From: an uncultured Calditrichaceae bacterium
GTDB lineage: Bacteria; Calditrichota; Calditrichia; RBG-13-44-9; J075
DNA length: 64,000 bases
Direction of reading: 5' to 3'
NCBI GenBank assembly: GCA_964471235.1
Contig: CAYYGL010000001.1
Span: 5,315 to 69,314 of the forward strand
The notes beneath the pieces are model-generated. The model was not told where the DNA came from. It saw nothing but the letters and a program-made list of their open reading frames with translations, and searched no databases. Position numbers and translations under genes: made by a program. Below are positions 1 through 9,750 of the stretch, one piece after another (position 1 is the first letter of the stretch; each line of letters begins with the position of its first letter).

Positions 1-189
1 GAAGGCGAATTGTAAAAAACTTTTACAAAATTGAATCCAAAATTGTTGGCAGGAAGCCAAAACCATCCCCCCGAAGTTCTTCAATCTATCACTCCTCGCA
101 TGGAAGCGAATCGGTTGCTTGTTGGCAAGTACTTTGCTGTGAAAAGAATTACATGACAATCAGCAAAGAGAAACTTCGGGAAACCTAAC

Positions 190-582
190 ATGTTGGCGTT
201 GTTTATGAAAAAAATACTGGTTGCAGAAGATGACCGCAATTTAAGCCGCAGTATGGATACCTGGCTCACCCTGGAAGGGTTTGAGGTCGTTACCGTGTAT
301 AACGGCGCAGAGGCATTGAATAAGCTGCTGCATCACAAGTATGATTTGCTGATAACCGATATTGTGATGCCGCAATTGAACGGGGTGGAGTTGATCTCAC
401 AGATTCGCCGACTGAATCCGACGCTGCCGATTATGGTGGTTTCCGGAAAATTAAACGGCGAGGTCCTCACGGAGTTGCGAGGGCTGAATGTGAATCATAT
501 CCTTCCCAAACCCATAAAACCGGCTGAATTTCGTAAAATGATCGATCAGGTTTTTTTAGATGAATCTCTCACCTCAAATTAA
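190..582 (+). CDS. Stand-alone response regulator receiver (CheY-like REC) protein; alternative start at 205 (MKKILV)
   Basis: Translation shows the ILVAEDD acidic pocket, the phospho-acceptor Asp in LLITDIVMP, and a conserved Lys (VSGK). It is about 130 aa with no output domain. Confidence 0.75.
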   Translation: MLALFMKKILVAEDDRNLSRSMDTWLTLEGFEVVTVYNGAEALNKLLHHKYDLLITDIVMPQLNGVELISQIRRLNPTLPIMVVSGKLNGEVLTELRGLNVNHILPKPIKPAEFRKMIDQVFLDESLTSN

Positions 583-777
583 ATAACCCTTCATTTCCGT
601 TTTACAGGCTCCCCTTCTTTTCGACCAACAGGAAATTTTTAATCCTATCAGGCCATGTCAGGGAGTGAACCGAGTCCCTTTCCCGATTGATAAGAAAATT
701 TCTCTCGACAAACTTTCTTTTGCGGAAGGAAAGCAATGGTGATTCTTCTGGAGCAATGGAGGTGGAAACATAGCAAG

Positions 778-815
778 AAAAGCCCGGATGGTATCTCCGG
801 GCTTTTCCTGGCATA
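778..815. terminator. Bidirectional rho-independent terminator hairpin downstream of sod
   Basis: AAAAGCCCGGA-TGGTATC-TCCGGGCTTTTCC. A GC-rich 8-bp stem is flanked by an A-run on one side and a T-run on the other, immediately 3' of the minus-strand sod stop. Confidence 0.45.
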
Positions 816-832
816 TCTGTTTTCGCAACAAA

Positions 833-1438
833 CTAACCGGCAAACCGTTTGGCAATGGCATCCCAGTTTACCACATTCCACCAGTTCTCAATATATTCTG
901 CCCGGCGGTTCTGATATTTTAAATAATAGGCGTGTTCCCAGACATCAATGCCCATTAACGGGTATTTCCCTTCGGATATCGGGTTATCCTGATTGGGCGT
1001 GGAGAGCACTTCCAGGGAACCGTCACCGTTTTTCACCAGCCATGCCCAGCCGCTGCCAAAACGGGTCAGGGCAGCTTTGGAGAACGTATCCTTGAAATTC
1101 TGAAAGCTGCCAAATGTGCCGGAGATGGCGTCGCCCAGGCTTCCGGCAGGCTCGCCCCCGCCATTGGGAGACATGATCACCCAGAAAATGCTATGGTTGT
1201 AATGACCGCCACCATTGTTCCGAACCGCGGTGCGAATATCTTCCGGCACCTGGTTCAGGGATTTCAAAACCTCTTCGATATCCTTTCCCTGCCACTCGCT
1301 ATGATTTTCCAACGCTGCATTTACATTCTTCACATAACCACCATGATGCAGATCATGATGGATTTGCATGGTGCGCTGGTCAATATAGGGTTCCAGGGCA
1401 TCATATCCGTAGGGAAGGGGGGGGAGTTCGTAAGCCAT
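833..1438 (-). CDS. sod: Fe/Mn-family superoxide dismutase
   Basis: 201 aa. The N-terminus [16 protein letters not shown]...[10 protein letters not shown] and the C-terminal DVWEHAYYL metal-ligand motif are hallmarks of Fe/Mn SOD. Metal specificity cannot be determined from sequence. Confidence 0.9.
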   Translation of the reverse strand: MAYELPPLPYGYDALEPYIDQRTMQIHHDLHHGGYVKNVNAALENHSEWQGKDIEEVLKSLNQVPEDIRTAVRNNGGGHYNHSIFWVIMSPNGGGEPAGSLGDAISGTFGSFQNFKDTFSKAALTRFGSGWAWLVKNGDGSLEVLSTPNQDNPISEGKYPLMGIDVWEHAYYLKYQNRRAEYIENWWNVVNWDAIAKRFAG

Positions 1439-1545
1439 GATAAAACCTCCTTTTTAATTTATGATTAATTTGGTTGATGATAAGCTAAAGACCAGGCTAA
1501 AAATAGAGGGAGTTTAGAGGGGAGTCAAGGGAAAATCAAAACGAC

Positions 1546-1574
1546 TTGACACGTTTCTTTTGGAGACGTAAAAT
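1546..1574 (+). promoter_or_regulatory. Sigma70-like promoter for tpx (TTGACA-17nt-TAAAAT)
   Basis: A perfect -35 TTGACA at 1546-1551 and -10 TAAAAT at 1569-1574, with a 17-nt spacer. It lies about 55 nt upstream of the tpx ATG, in the sod/tpx divergent intergenic region. Confidence 0.4.
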
Positions 1575-1630
1575 TGAAAACTTTATATTGACAGTAGATG
1601 CCCAAAATCCATAGCAAAAAGGAGATAAAA

Positions 1631-2143
1631 ATGAGCACTCAGGCAACCGTGACACTGCGAGGAAAACCAATGCAATTAGGTGGAAATGAGGTGAGTGTGG
1701 GGGATAAAGCACCGGACAGCACCTTGATTACCATAGATTCCCAGCCAAAGCGGTTATCCGAATTCTCCGGAAAAATTCGGATTCTCTCGGCAGTTCCTTC
1801 CCTGGATACATCCGTATGTGATGCCGAAACCCGCCGGTTTAACGAATTGGCATCCGAATTGGGTGATGATGTGGAGATTATTACCGTCAGCATGGATTTA
1901 CCCCCTGCCCAGAAACGCTGGTGCGGTGCCGCCGGTGTGGACCGGGTTACATTGCTCTCCGACCACAAAGACGCTTCTTTTGGGAAAAACTATGGGGTAT
2001 TGATTCCGGATATCCGACTTCTGGCGCGCTGTGTTTTTGTGGTGGATAAAGACGATGTGGTGCGCTATAAACAATTAGTGCCGGAAATCGGGCAGGAACC
2101 GGATTATGAGGATGTCCTGAATGCCGTGAAGGCACTGCTTTAA
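1631..2143 (+). CDS. tpx: Thiol peroxidase (atypical 2-Cys peroxiredoxin, Tpx family)
   Basis: A strong RBS AAAGGAGATAAAA precedes the ATG at 1631. The protein has a Tpx-like N-terminus TVTLRGKP..G..V.VGD.APDF, the peroxidatic Cys context SVPSLDTSVCDAETRRF, and a resolving Cys in LARCVFVVD. Confidence 0.85.
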   Translation: MSTQATVTLRGKPMQLGGNEVSVGDKAPDSTLITIDSQPKRLSEFSGKIRILSAVPSLDTSVCDAETRRFNELASELGDDVEIITVSMDLPPAQKRWCGAAGVDRVTLLSDHKDASFGKNYGVLIPDIRLLARCVFVVDKDDVVRYKQLVPEIGQEPDYEDVLNAVKALL

Positions 2144-2211
2144 ACGTTGGAATAGATAATCACTGAATCGTTGATTGGAGCAATGGTATCTTTTAAGAAA
2201 GAAGGTGACAG

Positions 2212-3330
2212 ATGATCGACCCGCGCTGGCAAAAATTAGCTGATGTTCTGGTAACGCATTCGACTAAAATTCAGTCCTCTGAGAACGTATTAATTGAAGC
2301 CTCCGATATTCCCCCGGAATTTGTTAATGTGCTGGCAAAAACGGTTACAGCACGAGGCGGACTGCCTTTCATCTGGCTTAAGCAAAACACTGTACAGCGC
2401 CGCTTGCTAATAGATGCGGTTGAGGAGCAGTTAAAGCTCCTCGGCGAGTTGGAATTGCAATGGATGAAGGAAATGCAGGTATACATCGGGGTGCGGGGCG
2501 GTTTAAATGTAAATGAGCTCTCCGATGTTCCCGGCGAAAAGATGCAGCTTTATCAAGCCCACATTCTGAAGCCGGTTCATTTTGAACAGCGCGTCAAACA
2601 TACCCGCTGGGTGGTGCTGCGCTTCCCCAGCCCTTCTTTTGCCCAACAGGCAGGAATGAGCAGTGACGCCTTTGAAGATTTCTTCTTCGATGTCTGTACC
2701 ATGGATTACCAGCGGATGGCAGAAGCCATGAAACCGCTGGAAGAACGGATGTCAACAACAGACCGGGTATTGATAACCGGACCCGATACCCGTCTGGAAT
2801 TCTCCATCAAAGATATTCCGGTAATCGGCTGTGCCGGTGAAAACAATATCCCCGATGGAGAAGTCTTCACCGCACCGGTAAAAGAATCCGTTAACGGCTT
2901 TATTCATTTTAATACCCCTACCATTTATCGGGGCATGACATTTAACGACATCTCCCTGAAATTTGAGAACGGTAAAATTGTGGATGCAACGGGAGATAAA
3001 CCCGATAAGTTGAATGAAATACTGGATACCGATCCGGGTGCCCGATACATCGGGGAATTTGCCCTGGGATTTAACCCCCATGTGACCACGCCCATGCTGG
3101 ATATCCTGTTTGATGAGAAGATGGCGGGGTCGTTCCATTTTACCCCCGGGCAGGCGTATGAGGATGCCGATAACGGGAACCGCTCTGCAGTTCACTGGGA
3201 TATGGTCATGCGGCAGACCCCGGACCTGGGCGGCGGGGAAATTTATTTTGACGGTGAGTTGATACGCAAAGACGGATTATTTGTGCCGGAGGACCTTCAG
3301 GGGCTGAATCCGGAAAATTTGTTGCAGTAA
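2212..3330 (+). CDS. M29 family aminopeptidase (AmpS/PepS-like thermophilic metalloprotease)
   Basis: 372 aa. The layout and conserved segments (NVLIEA...; VIGCAGENNIPDGEVFTAP; GEFALGFNP; HWDMV) match the aminopeptidase T/S family. Confidence 0.7.
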   Translation: MIDPRWQKLADVLVTHSTKIQSSENVLIEASDIPPEFVNVLAKTVTARGGLPFIWLKQNTVQRRLLIDAVEEQLKLLGELELQWMKEMQVYIGVRGGLNVNELSDVPGEKMQLYQAHILKPVHFEQRVKHTRWVVLRFPSPSFAQQAGMSSDAFEDFFFDVCTMDYQRMAEAMKPLEERMSTTDRVLITGPDTRLEFSIKDIPVIGCAGENNIPDGEVFTAPVKESVNGFIHFNTPTIYRGMTFNDISLKFENGKIVDATGDKPDKLNEILDTDPGARYIGEFALGFNPHVTTPMLDILFDEKMAGSFHFTPGQAYEDADNGNRSAVHWDMVMRQTPDLGGGEIYFDGELIRKDGLFVPEDLQGLNPENLLQ

Positions 3331-3459
3331 AAGCCGGCAGAGTTCTGCGTTTTCCGGGGCTAACCCGTATTGTTACAAAAAAGATTTGATTTGCCGATAA
3401 AATAATGTAATTTTTATCTTTAATTATGTACGGTAATACATAAAATAACAGAGCCACCG

Positions 3460-4185
3460 ATGCCTAAAACGGAACAACAAATTGCCCTGGTTACCGGCGC
3501 CAGCCGGGGGATTGGTCGGGCAATCGCGATAAAACTGGCAGCCAACGGCTATGCCGTTGCGTTAACCGCTCGAAGTCGGGACGGATTGGAGGAAACTGCC
3601 CGTGCCATCAAAAAAAGCGGTGGCAGTTCGGCCCTCATCGTTCCGGCGGATTTGCGAAATCCCTCCCGGGTCGAAGAAATGGCAGAACAGGTGCTCACCG
3701 AGTGGGGAAAGATAGACGTGTTGATAAATAATGCCGGGGTGATGTACAACAAACCGTTTCTGGAAATCCGCCTGGCAGAGCTTGAAGAAATGCTGGAGGT
3801 CAACTTTACCTCGGTCTTTCTTTTGACCCAGAAAGTTTTACCGGCAATGCTGGATCGCCGGGAGGGAACAATTGTCAACATCGCATCGTTAGCCGGAAAA
3901 CACGGGTTTAAACATGGCAGCGGTTATGCCGCCACCAAATTTGCCCTGCGCGGATTCGCCCAATCCCTGATGCTGGAGGTGCGAGATAAAGGGATTCGGG
4001 TCATTACGGTTTTTCCCGGCTCCGTGAATACCGCTTTAAGTGGAAGACATCCCACTTCACCCCGGGCGGAATCTATTCTACAACCCGAAGACGTTGCCCA
4101 CGCAGTATATGCCGCCATTTCGGTTGATAACCGGGCGATGATGAGCGAAATTGATTTACGTCCCAGTAACCCCCAAAAAAGTTAA
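3460..4185 (+). CDS. Short-chain dehydrogenase/reductase (SDR) family oxidoreductase
   Basis: [12 protein letters not shown] Rossmann motif, NNAG, the catalytic S...Y...K (SGYAATKFA), and 241 aa. Confidence 0.85.
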   Translation: MPKTEQQIALVTGASRGIGRAIAIKLAANGYAVALTARSRDGLEETARAIKKSGGSSALIVPADLRNPSRVEEMAEQVLTEWGKIDVLINNAGVMYNKPFLEIRLAELEEMLEVNFTSVFLLTQKVLPAMLDRREGTIVNIASLAGKHGFKHGSGYAATKFALRGFAQSLMLEVRDKGIRVITVFPGSVNTALSGRHPTSPRAESILQPEDVAHAVYAAISVDNRAMMSEIDLRPSNPQKS

Positions 4186-4195
4186 AGGAGGCAGT

Positions 4196-4744
4196 ATGTC
4201 TTCCGAAGGAATACAAGGGAAAAGTTTTACCACCACACGAGTAGATAAATTTCTGAATTGGGCGCGAAAAAATTCCTTATGGCCCATGCCGTTCGGCACC
4301 GCCTGCTGCGCCATCGAATTGATGGCAACACTTGCTTCGCGCTTTGACCTGGCGCGTTTCGGTGCCGAGGCAATTCGCTTTACCCCGCGGCAATGTGATC
4401 TGATGATCGTCGCCGGGCGGGTGGCAATTAAAGAACTGCCCATTCTGAAACGGATATGGGATCAGATGCCGGAACCCAAGTGGTGCATTTCTATGGGCGC
4501 CTGCGCCTGCTCGGGTGGCATATTCGATACGTATACCCTGGTGCAGGGAATCGATCGCTTTATCCCGGTGGATGTCTATATCCCCGGCTGCCCACCCCGA
4601 CCGGAAGCGGTGATTGATGCGGTGATGAAGATTCAAAAACTGGTGGAAGAAGATAGCTGGAGCGCCTATAAAAAAGAAAATCTGGAAAGAATGCGCAAAA
4701 ATAAAATTTTTACCGGACCCAATTTCCCCTGGGAGCCCCGCTAA
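4196..4744 (+). CDS. nuoB: NuoB-like [4Fe-4S] protein (NADH-quinone oxidoreductase subunit B / group-4 hydrogenase small-subunit fold), orphan
   Basis: An AGGAGG RBS precedes the ATG at 4196. All four N2-cluster cysteines are present ([21 protein letters not shown]). No other nuo genes lie within 30 kb on either side. Confidence 0.75.
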   Translation: MSSEGIQGKSFTTTRVDKFLNWARKNSLWPMPFGTACCAIELMATLASRFDLARFGAEAIRFTPRQCDLMIVAGRVAIKELPILKRIWDQMPEPKWCISMGACACSGGIFDTYTLVQGIDRFIPVDVYIPGCPPRPEAVIDAVMKIQKLVEEDSWSAYKKENLERMRKNKIFTGPNFPWEPR

Positions 4745-4906
4745 AATCTTTTACCGGCGCTTTCGTTTTTCCCGGATTCTCTTTGCATTGCCAATACCGA
4801 TTCCTGTTCGTGAATAATTGGAATGAGTTGTTTGATCTTTTAAAACCCATGTCAATGGTATTCCGGGCATGGGTTTTGTAATACTTAACGAAATTGAGGT
4901 GAGTCG

Positions 4907-5377
4907 TTGTTACCGGAATTTCGACTGCCGTGCATCCAGGGAGAGGAACTCACACCCGCGAAAATTTTGGAAAAACCCTCATCCTTGCTGGTCTTCTTTA
5001 AACGAACCTGTGAGACCAGCCTTCTAACCCTGAACTTCATAACAGACCTGGTCTCTCGTGAACCGGCTTTGGGAGAATATCTGTTTCTCATCTCACAGGA
5101 TAGTGCAGAGGAAACAACTCGTCTGCTTCAAGAAACCGCCATATCTCTGCCGATAGCCGTGGATCATCCGGGATACCTGCTGTCTCAGGCATTTGATTTT
5201 CAATTTGTTCCGGCATTGTTTCGGCTGGATTCTTCCGGTAAAACGGTGGAAGAAAGCCAGGGATTTCATAAAGCGGAATTTGAGAAAATTTTCCGAAACC
5301 TGATCCGGGAAAATCGTTTAACACAAATCCCCGTGTTTCAGGATTTAGCGAAGGTGCCGATAATGCGTCCTGGCTGA
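4907..5377 (+). CDS. Hypothetical protein, possibly thioredoxin-fold
   Basis: The ORF has a non-ATG start and is GC-typical with reasonable length. It has a weak redoxin-like TCETS segment and no confident family. Confidence 0.35.
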   Translation: MLPEFRLPCIQGEELTPAKILEKPSSLLVFFKRTCETSLLTLNFITDLVSREPALGEYLFLISQDSAEETTRLLQETAISLPIAVDHPGYLLSQAFDFQFVPALFRLDSSGKTVEESQGFHKAEFEKIFRNLIRENRLTQIPVFQDLAKVPIMRPG

Positions 5378-5440
5378 ATGGCAAAGCATGTGCATTTCGG
5401 GGAAATGTAATTTGAGGCGCTTAATCACGAACGTAAACTC

Positions 5441-6235
5441 ATGATTGACATTCATAACCACATTATTTACAACTTTGATGACGGACCGGCAACCAGGGCT
5501 GATGCTCTGGAAATGATTCGGATGGCTTCCGACCAGGGCATCACGGCAATTTTTGCCACCTCTCATTTCAACGAAGTGATCCAACCGGATGTTGAAGCAG
5601 ATTATTTTGCCAAGTTAAAAAAACTTCGTAAAGAGACGGCAAACAAGGGCATTCCGGTTCAATTGTATTCCGGTTCCGAGATGTTTTACCATCATTTCCT
5701 GGAAAAGACAATCAAAAAAACCAAAGTTGGCACATTGTGTGGTTTGGGATTGTATGTGCTGATGGAATTCCCTCTCTATCTGATGCCTGCCGGGATAGAG
5801 GAAACCCTGTTTAAATTAAATCTTGATGAAGTCATCCCCATAATTGCTCATCCGGAACGATATTCCGCTATTATCGAAGAACCGGAAAAAGTTGTTAACT
5901 TTCTGAAACATGGGGGATTGCTGCAAGTAAATGTGGGCAGTGTATTGGGAAAGTTCGGACGCCGGGTTCAGAAAGTTGCCATGTGGCTGCTGGAAAATCG
6001 AGCTGTCCACTTTTTGGGCTCCGATGCCCATTCTCCGAAAGGGCGCACTTTTGAACTGGCAAAGGCAGTACATTATCTCGAAAAACATCTGGAACAGGAA
6101 TACATTCAGGAACTGGTCAATATCAACCCCCAGAAAATTATTGATAATGAAAAATTGGAAAGAGCAAATTTCACCCTCTCGGAAGAACAATCCGGTTTCC
6201 TGCAGCGAATGAAGCGAAAATTGGGTCTTTCCTGA
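5441..6235 (+). CDS. CpsB/YwqE-type PHP-domain protein-tyrosine phosphatase
   Basis: N-terminal MIDIHNHIIYNFDDG, HFNE, IAHPERY and GSDAHS motifs are typical of the CpsB/CapC manganese-dependent Tyr-phosphatase family. Confidence 0.75.
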   Translation: MIDIHNHIIYNFDDGPATRADALEMIRMASDQGITAIFATSHFNEVIQPDVEADYFAKLKKLRKETANKGIPVQLYSGSEMFYHHFLEKTIKKTKVGTLCGLGLYVLMEFPLYLMPAGIEETLFKLNLDEVIPIIAHPERYSAIIEEPEKVVNFLKHGGLLQVNVGSVLGKFGRRVQKVAMWLLENRAVHFLGSDAHSPKGRTFELAKAVHYLEKHLEQEYIQELVNINPQKIIDNEKLERANFTLSEEQSGFLQRMKRKLGLS

Positions 6236-6470
6236 GTGGGCGTGTAGAAGCCTTTGAATAATTATCATTCTTCACTGCACCCATCTCATTTCATCTTCCC
6301 CTTTTATCCCGCTTATCTGATCGTCTCAGTATTAAATTCTCTTGTTTTAATCCTTCCTGTCTTCTAAATTTTATTTCGTGGTACGGATTTGCAGCAACTT
6401 CCTTATCCGCTGAAAATGCCGAGTTTATTGTTAAGCGATTATCAACCCGTCTCTTTCCAAGGAGGAACTT

Positions 6471-8501
6471 ATGAATGCGACAGCGACACTTCCCGGAAAA
6501 ATTGTTTTTACCTTGATGCTTCTCACCTCTCTGATCACCTTTATCTGGCTGATGTACCGGCGAATCCGGGTGATGACCCTGGCACAGCCGTTAAACCGAT
6601 TTAATCGCATTGGTGAACGGCTGAAAGGGGTGCTGGTTTATTTTTTAGGGCAGAAACGTATTTTGGATCGGAAACACCGGGGTGCCGGCATTATGCACGC
6701 CTTTATTTTCTGGGGTTTCCTGGCGGTCTCCATTAATTCCCTGCACCTTATCGGCCGCGCTTATTCCCCGGAGTTTCACCTCCCGCTGTTCGGTCCTCAC
6801 GATATTTTCGGTCTCCCCTACATCTTCATCCGTGATGTATTTGAAGTGCTGGTATTGATCATGGTGCTGGTCGCAGCCTACCGGCGAATTTTCATCAAAC
6901 CGGAACGCATCACCCTCTCCTGGGATGCGGCTCTCATATTGACTCTGATCGGCACCCTGATGGTCACCGATTTTATCTCTAACGGGGCTGAGACCGCGGT
7001 GCATGGTAAAACCGCCGAAGCCGCTTCTTTTATGGCATCGTTTATTGCCGGCTGGTTTCAATCGATGGGACTGTCCGCTGCTGCTCTATCCACCCTCCAT
7101 GCCGCTGCCTGGTGGATTCACATGGCGGCGCTGCTGTTTTTCCTTGCCTATCTGCCCATCTCCAAACACTTCCATGTGGTAACTGCCCTGTTTAATGTGT
7201 TCTTTCGTAATCTGGAACCCAGCGCCTTGCCGGCAATGGATTTGGAAGATGAGAACCTGGCATATTTCGGGGCCTCTCAGATTGAGCATCTGGACTGGAA
7301 GGATATCCTGGATATTTATACCTGCACGGAATGCGGGCGCTGCCAGGATGCATGCCCGGCGTATGCCACTGAAAAACCGCTTTCCCCCAAGCGCTTTAAT
7401 GAAGACCTGAGACACCATCTCTTCGATAAAACACCCTGGTTATTAAAAATGGCGGCACAAATCAATGGCGATTCTCCGGAATACGACGGTCCGGCGATGG
7501 TTGGGGAGGTGATACAGGATGCCACCATCTGGTCTTGTACCACCTGTAAAGCCTGCGAAGAAGCCTGCCCAATTTTCATCGAGTTTATTGACCGCTTTGT
7601 GGAAATGCGGCGTCATCTGGTACTGGAAGAAAGCCGGTTCCCCCAGGAACTGGTGACCATCTATAAAAACCTGGAAAACAGCGGCAACCCCTGGGGAATA
7701 GCGGCGGAAGACCGGGAGAACTGGGCGGAAGGGCTGAATGTGCCCAAAATCAGGGATAACGATGAGGAAGTAGAATACGTTTACTTTGTGGGGTGTGCCG
7801 GGGCATTTGATCAACAGGCACAGAAAACCATGCAAGCAATGGTGGAGATATTAAATGCTGCCGGGGTAAATTATGCCATTCTGGGTAAGGAAGAAACCTG
7901 CACCGGCGATCCGGCGCGGCGGTCCGGTAATGAATATCTTTACCAGATGTTAGCTGAACAAAACATCGAGACGTTGAATAGCAAAAGTTTTAAAAAGGTA
8001 ATTACCAGTTGCCCGCACTGCTATAACACCATTCGCAATGAATATCCTCAATTGGGCGGCAAATATGAAGTGGTTCATCATACCGAGCTGCTTGCAGACC
8101 TGATTGCTTCCGGGAAAATCAAACCAACTCATCCGGTTTCGGAAACCATCACCTTCCACGATTCCTGTTATTTGGGCAGGCATAACGGCATTTATGATGC
8201 TCCCCGGGAAATTTTGAAATCGATTCCGGGAATCACCCTGGAAGAGATGCCGCGCAGCCGGGAGAAGGGGTTTTGCTGCGGCGCCGGCGGCGGGCGAATG
8301 TGGCTGGATGAGGACAAACCCCGGGTGAACCAGAACCGGGTGGAAGAAGCCCACAGCCAGACCAACGCCACCTGCATCAGCACTGCCTGCCCGTTCTGTT
8401 CGATCATGATTTCCGACGGTATTAAAGAAACCGGGCATGAGGAAGCTCTTAACACCTTGGATGTGGCGCAATTGGTGGCAAAATCCATGGGGAAAGCTTA
8501 A
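6471..8501 (+). CDS. Membrane-anchored HdrD/GlpC-like Fe-S oxidoreductase. An N-terminal polytopic His-containing (cytochrome-b-like) domain is fused to a 2x[4Fe-4S] ferredoxin and two CCG domains.
   Basis: The first ~250 aa carry 5-6 hydrophobic helices with conserved His. Next come CTECGRCQDACP and CTTCKACEEACP ferredoxin motifs. Two cysteine-rich CCG-type segments follow (CPHCYN...DSCYLG; FCCGAGGG...CPFCS). Confidence 0.65.
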   Translation: MNATATLPGKIVFTLMLLTSLITFIWLMYRRIRVMTLAQPLNRFNRIGERLKGVLVYFLGQKRILDRKHRGAGIMHAFIFWGFLAVSINSLHLIGRAYSPEFHLPLFGPHDIFGLPYIFIRDVFEVLVLIMVLVAAYRRIFIKPERITLSWDAALILTLIGTLMVTDFISNGAETAVHGKTAEAASFMASFIAGWFQSMGLSAAALSTLHAAAWWIHMAALLFFLAYLPISKHFHVVTALFNVFFRNLEPSALPAMDLEDENLAYFGASQIEHLDWKDILDIYTCTECGRCQDACPAYATEKPLSPKRFNEDLRHHLFDKTPWLLKMAAQINGDSPEYDGPAMVGEVIQDATIWSCTTCKACEEACPIFIEFIDRFVEMRRHLVLEESRFPQELVTIYKNLENSGNPWGIAAEDRENWAEGLNVPKIRDNDEEVEYVYFVGCAGAFDQQAQKTMQAMVEILNAAGVNYAILGKEETCTGDPARRSGNEYLYQMLAEQNIETLNSKSFKKVITSCPHCYNTIRNEYPQLGGKYEVVHHTELLADLIASGKIKPTHPVSETITFHDSCYLGRHNGIYDAPREILKSIPGITLEEMPRSREKGFCCGAGGGRMWLDEDKPRVNQNRVEEAHSQTNATCISTACPFCSIMISDGIKETGHEEALNTLDVAQLVAKSMGKA

Positions 8502-8638
8502 AACAAACGTAACGATTTAGCTATATGCCCTGTTTTTTGTGGCGGGAGGGGGTGGGTGAGGTTAAAAAACAACCCCTTAACCACAAATAAGCTCTGAGGC
8601 ATCTCAACTTCAGCAAGCATCATGGCAATTTTTTGGGG

Positions 8639-8667
8639 TTGATTTATCAGCGACAATCGACTATATT
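8639..8667 (+). promoter_or_regulatory. Candidate promoter for the tRNA (TTGATT-17-TATATT)
   Basis: A -35-like TTGATT at 8639-8644 and -10 TATATT at 8662-8667 lie about 25 nt upstream of tRNA position 1. Confidence 0.35.
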
Positions 8668-8691
8668 CTCAACGCTTTTTACGGAGCATGT

Positions 8692-8765
8692 GCGCCCGTA
8701 GCTCAATTGGATAGAGCATCGGACTTCGGATCCGAGGGTTGGGGGTTCGACTCCCTCCGGGCGTG
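8692..8765 (+). tRNA. tRNA, anticodon read as TCG (Arg)
   Basis: The 74-nt cloverleaf has acceptor GCGCCCG/CGGGCGT, D-stem GCTC/GAGC, anticodon stem TCGGA/TCCGA with loop CTTCGGA (anticodon TCG), T-arm GGGGG-TTCGACT-CCCTC, and discriminator G. CCA is not encoded and a T-run follows. Confidence 0.8.
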
Positions 8766-8947
8766 CAATTTTTTTGTACGGCTTTGTGATGCGGTACTCA
8801 GTGGCTGAATGGGTTTGGAAAAAGATGCGGTTATCACCTTATTTACCTTTGCTTTCATCATTCCGCTCTTCCTGCCGGTGACGCCCTCACAACCCCGTCA
8901 GGTTTAATAATTCAATTATCATCTCAAGTTAACATGAAGGATTTCTC

Positions 8948-9646
8948 ATGAAAAAGTTTATGGTAGCAGTACTGTTGCTGGTATTTGCAGCCTGCCAGCA
9001 AAATAATTCAAGTGGTGGCAATGTTAGCCTTGCCAGCCAGAACGACAGCCTGAATTACAGCCTGGGTGTCGAAATCGGGAAAAACTTAAAACCGATTGCC
9101 GAAGACATTAAGGTGGAAGTGGTGATGCAGGGGATTCGGGACGGCCTGGCAGGCGGCGATTTGAAATTAACCGACCAGGAAGTGAAAAAAAGTTACCAGG
9201 CGTTGCAGCAAAAAATGAATACCAAAATGCAGGAAGAGCGCAAACAATTGGCTGAAAAAAACAAAACCGAAGGCGCTGCGTTTCTGGAAGAGAACAAAAA
9301 GAAAGAGGGCGTGGTAACCCTGCCAAGCGGTTTACAGTACAAAGTGCTCAAAGAGGGCAAAGGTCCCAAGCCCAAGGCGGATGATACCGTCATCGCCCAT
9401 TACGTTGGGAAGCTGTTGGACGGCACCCAGTTTGACAGTTCTTATGACCGCGGAAAACCGCTGACCATCCAGGTGAACCGGGTGATTCCCGGCTGGACAG
9501 AAGCCCTGCAACTCATGCCGGTGGGATCCAAATGGGAACTCTATATTCCCTCGAATTTAGCATACGGCGCCCGGGGCGGCGGCTCTGTCATTCCCCCCAA
9601 TGCCACCCTGATCTTTGATGTGGAGTTGCTGGATATTAAAAAGTAA
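8948..9646 (+). CDS. FKBP-type peptidyl-prolyl cis-trans isomerase, lipoprotein (FkpA/FklB-like)
   Basis: Lipobox LLLVFAAC. A coiled N-terminal domain is followed by a C-terminal FKBP domain (VIAHYVGKLLDGTQFDSSYDRGKP...IPGW...GSKWELYIP..LAYG). Confidence 0.85.
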   Translation: MKKFMVAVLLLVFAACQQNNSSGGNVSLASQNDSLNYSLGVEIGKNLKPIAEDIKVEVVMQGIRDGLAGGDLKLTDQEVKKSYQALQQKMNTKMQEERKQLAEKNKTEGAAFLEENKKKEGVVTLPSGLQYKVLKEGKGPKPKADDTVIAHYVGKLLDGTQFDSSYDRGKPLTIQVNRVIPGWTEALQLMPVGSKWELYIPSNLAYGARGGGSVIPPNATLIFDVELLDIKK

Positions 9647-9750
9647 ACATTGATGACACTGATATCGGCGCAGGCGTTTCCCCTGGCATCCTCCATGGGA
9701 AACACCTGTGTCTTAGAGAAGACAACCAAAGGATATGTTTCTTGACCTCG

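Noticed and set aside
81-269. 62-aa minus-strand ORF at the window start
   Set aside because: It overlaps the receiver-domain gene start region, is low-complexity, and has no RBS.
4196-4744. Hydrogenase small subunit interpretation of the NuoB-like gene
   Set aside because: There is no large-subunit (NuoD/HycE-like) or maturation gene nearby, so I left it as an orphan NuoB-like protein.
7086-7835. Several 70-130-aa ORFs on both strands inside 6471-8501
   Set aside because: They overlap the long HdrD-like ORF, which has coherent Fe-S motifs, and have no features of their own.
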